This document shows, one piece after another, positions 62,790 through 64,000 of a stretch of 64,000 bases of DNA. Within the stretch, counting starts at the first letter, position 1. Every line of letters begins with the position of its first letter. The translations under genes and the position numbers were made by a program. The notes beneath the pieces were generated by a model. The model was not told the origin of the DNA. It saw nothing but the letters and a program-made list of their open reading frames with translations, and ran no database searches. This DNA is from Phallusia mammillata (Eukaryota): positions 19,282,001 to 19,346,000 of the forward strand of contig OZ281497.1 in assembly GCA_965637545.1 (NCBI GenBank), in the 5' to 3' direction.

Positions 62790-64000
62790 AGTCACTTGTT
62801 AGTCATTTTCCGTATGTTTGGGTTGTATGTGGATGTGGGGGTCGTGTCAATGATCGAACCTAAGAAGGTTAAGGTCGTCTTGCAGTTTTCCATGACGCGC
62901 ATGTTGGCGGTTTTCAGTTTAACGTTAACATGAATAGCCTACATATGTGGGTTACTGCGCTGACACCGCGCATATTTTGTGTTGAGGGTTTGAAATCCAA
63001 CCGCACATTTGCTGATGCAACATTTATCAAGGGAACTTGCTTGCTGAATATAAGCGATATTTTATTTATGACACAGGACCAAGCACAAGCTTTTTCTAAC
63101 GTAAACAAAACCATTGAAATGTGTTGACAACTCGCCGCTAAAGTGTATTTTTACTCCATATTTGCTAATTAACTATTATATTCACAAGGCAAAAATGCGT
63201 GTATTTTTTTGCATGTTTTATACCATATTTGGTATACTGCTAAAACTCATTGGAAAATTACCGTTATGAAGGCAAATCTGCCTTGCAAGGTTGTTAAGAA
63301 AATCCCACATACATTTTAAAATAGCTAAAAATTATAACTGTTTGGAAAGTCTGTTTTGTTGCAAATTGTTTCGTAGACTACTGTTCATGAATATTTACAC
63401 GGTATGCTTGTTACACAGACAACAAAATAAGAAACAGTAAATACGTCATCATATAGAAAAAGTAATAAGGAAAATCTAGTTGCTCTTTTTCGTGAAACGA
63501 TAAAGTATTTATCATCTACTTTTTATGGTTTTCCTTATACGCCGTTGGTGCAAAAGATGAAAGTTTAAATAATGAAGACGAAGTATCCATCAAACCAATG
63601 CTTCTTGAAAAACGGCTGTTTGAAAAAATGAAACAATTTTAGGACGTTGCAGAAACAGAATAAATGTTTAAATAACTTGTATTTCTTTGTTATTTGACAT
63701 GTATTTGGTGTATGAGATATAACATTTGAAACTGAAATCAGTGTCATTTCAGATTGCAGTTGCTGTTTGGCTCATCCGATTGCATTCGGGTTGCGATGAA
63801 GCATATGTTACATTTTTGCTACACATTTTATTACATAGATACAATGGCTTGACATTTTGTACAGCACGCCGTCGCGCTTTGCTTGGTGCAGTTCAACAAA
63901 CAAACTTTAGGCACTATTTTTCCTTAAACATTTTTTAATGCTGATGTATTTGGCAGTGACACAAACTTGCAGGTCACATGTTCCATTACATTTCTAAGAA
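62790..64000 (+). repeat. Segmental tandem duplication, copy 2 (runs off the window end)
   Basis: Near-identical to 60863-62074 with only scattered substitutions and indels. Confidence 0.9.

Overview
This is AT-rich, gene-dense eukaryotic DNA with short introns. It is most consistent with an invertebrate chordate such as an ascidian, which is an inference from gene structure only. Genes in order: the 3' end of GEMIN2 (+); an 8-exon secreted LamG-like + C-type-lectin gene (-); RAP1 (-) with two tandemly duplicated alternative terminal exons; a divergent DZF-domain (NF90/ZFR/STRBP-clade) gene with a long low-complexity N-terminus (+); RPL32 (-); a 10-exon synapsin (+) whose 18-kb intron holds two antisense TIMP genes with greatly expanded AB loops; and a decaying cluster of 2OG-Fe(II) dioxygenase copies ending in a recent tandem duplication. 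Six non-autonomous hAT-type elements with 8-bp TSDs (one nested in another) and one tiny Tc1/mariner-like MITE are present. The most striking signal is a 224-bp fold-back element at 59199-59422 whose inverted arms each contain a complete type I hammerhead ribozyme, one per strand. Three more degenerate minimal hammerhead-like motifs occur elsewhere. All exon models were read by hand from splice sites and reading frame; no database search was run.
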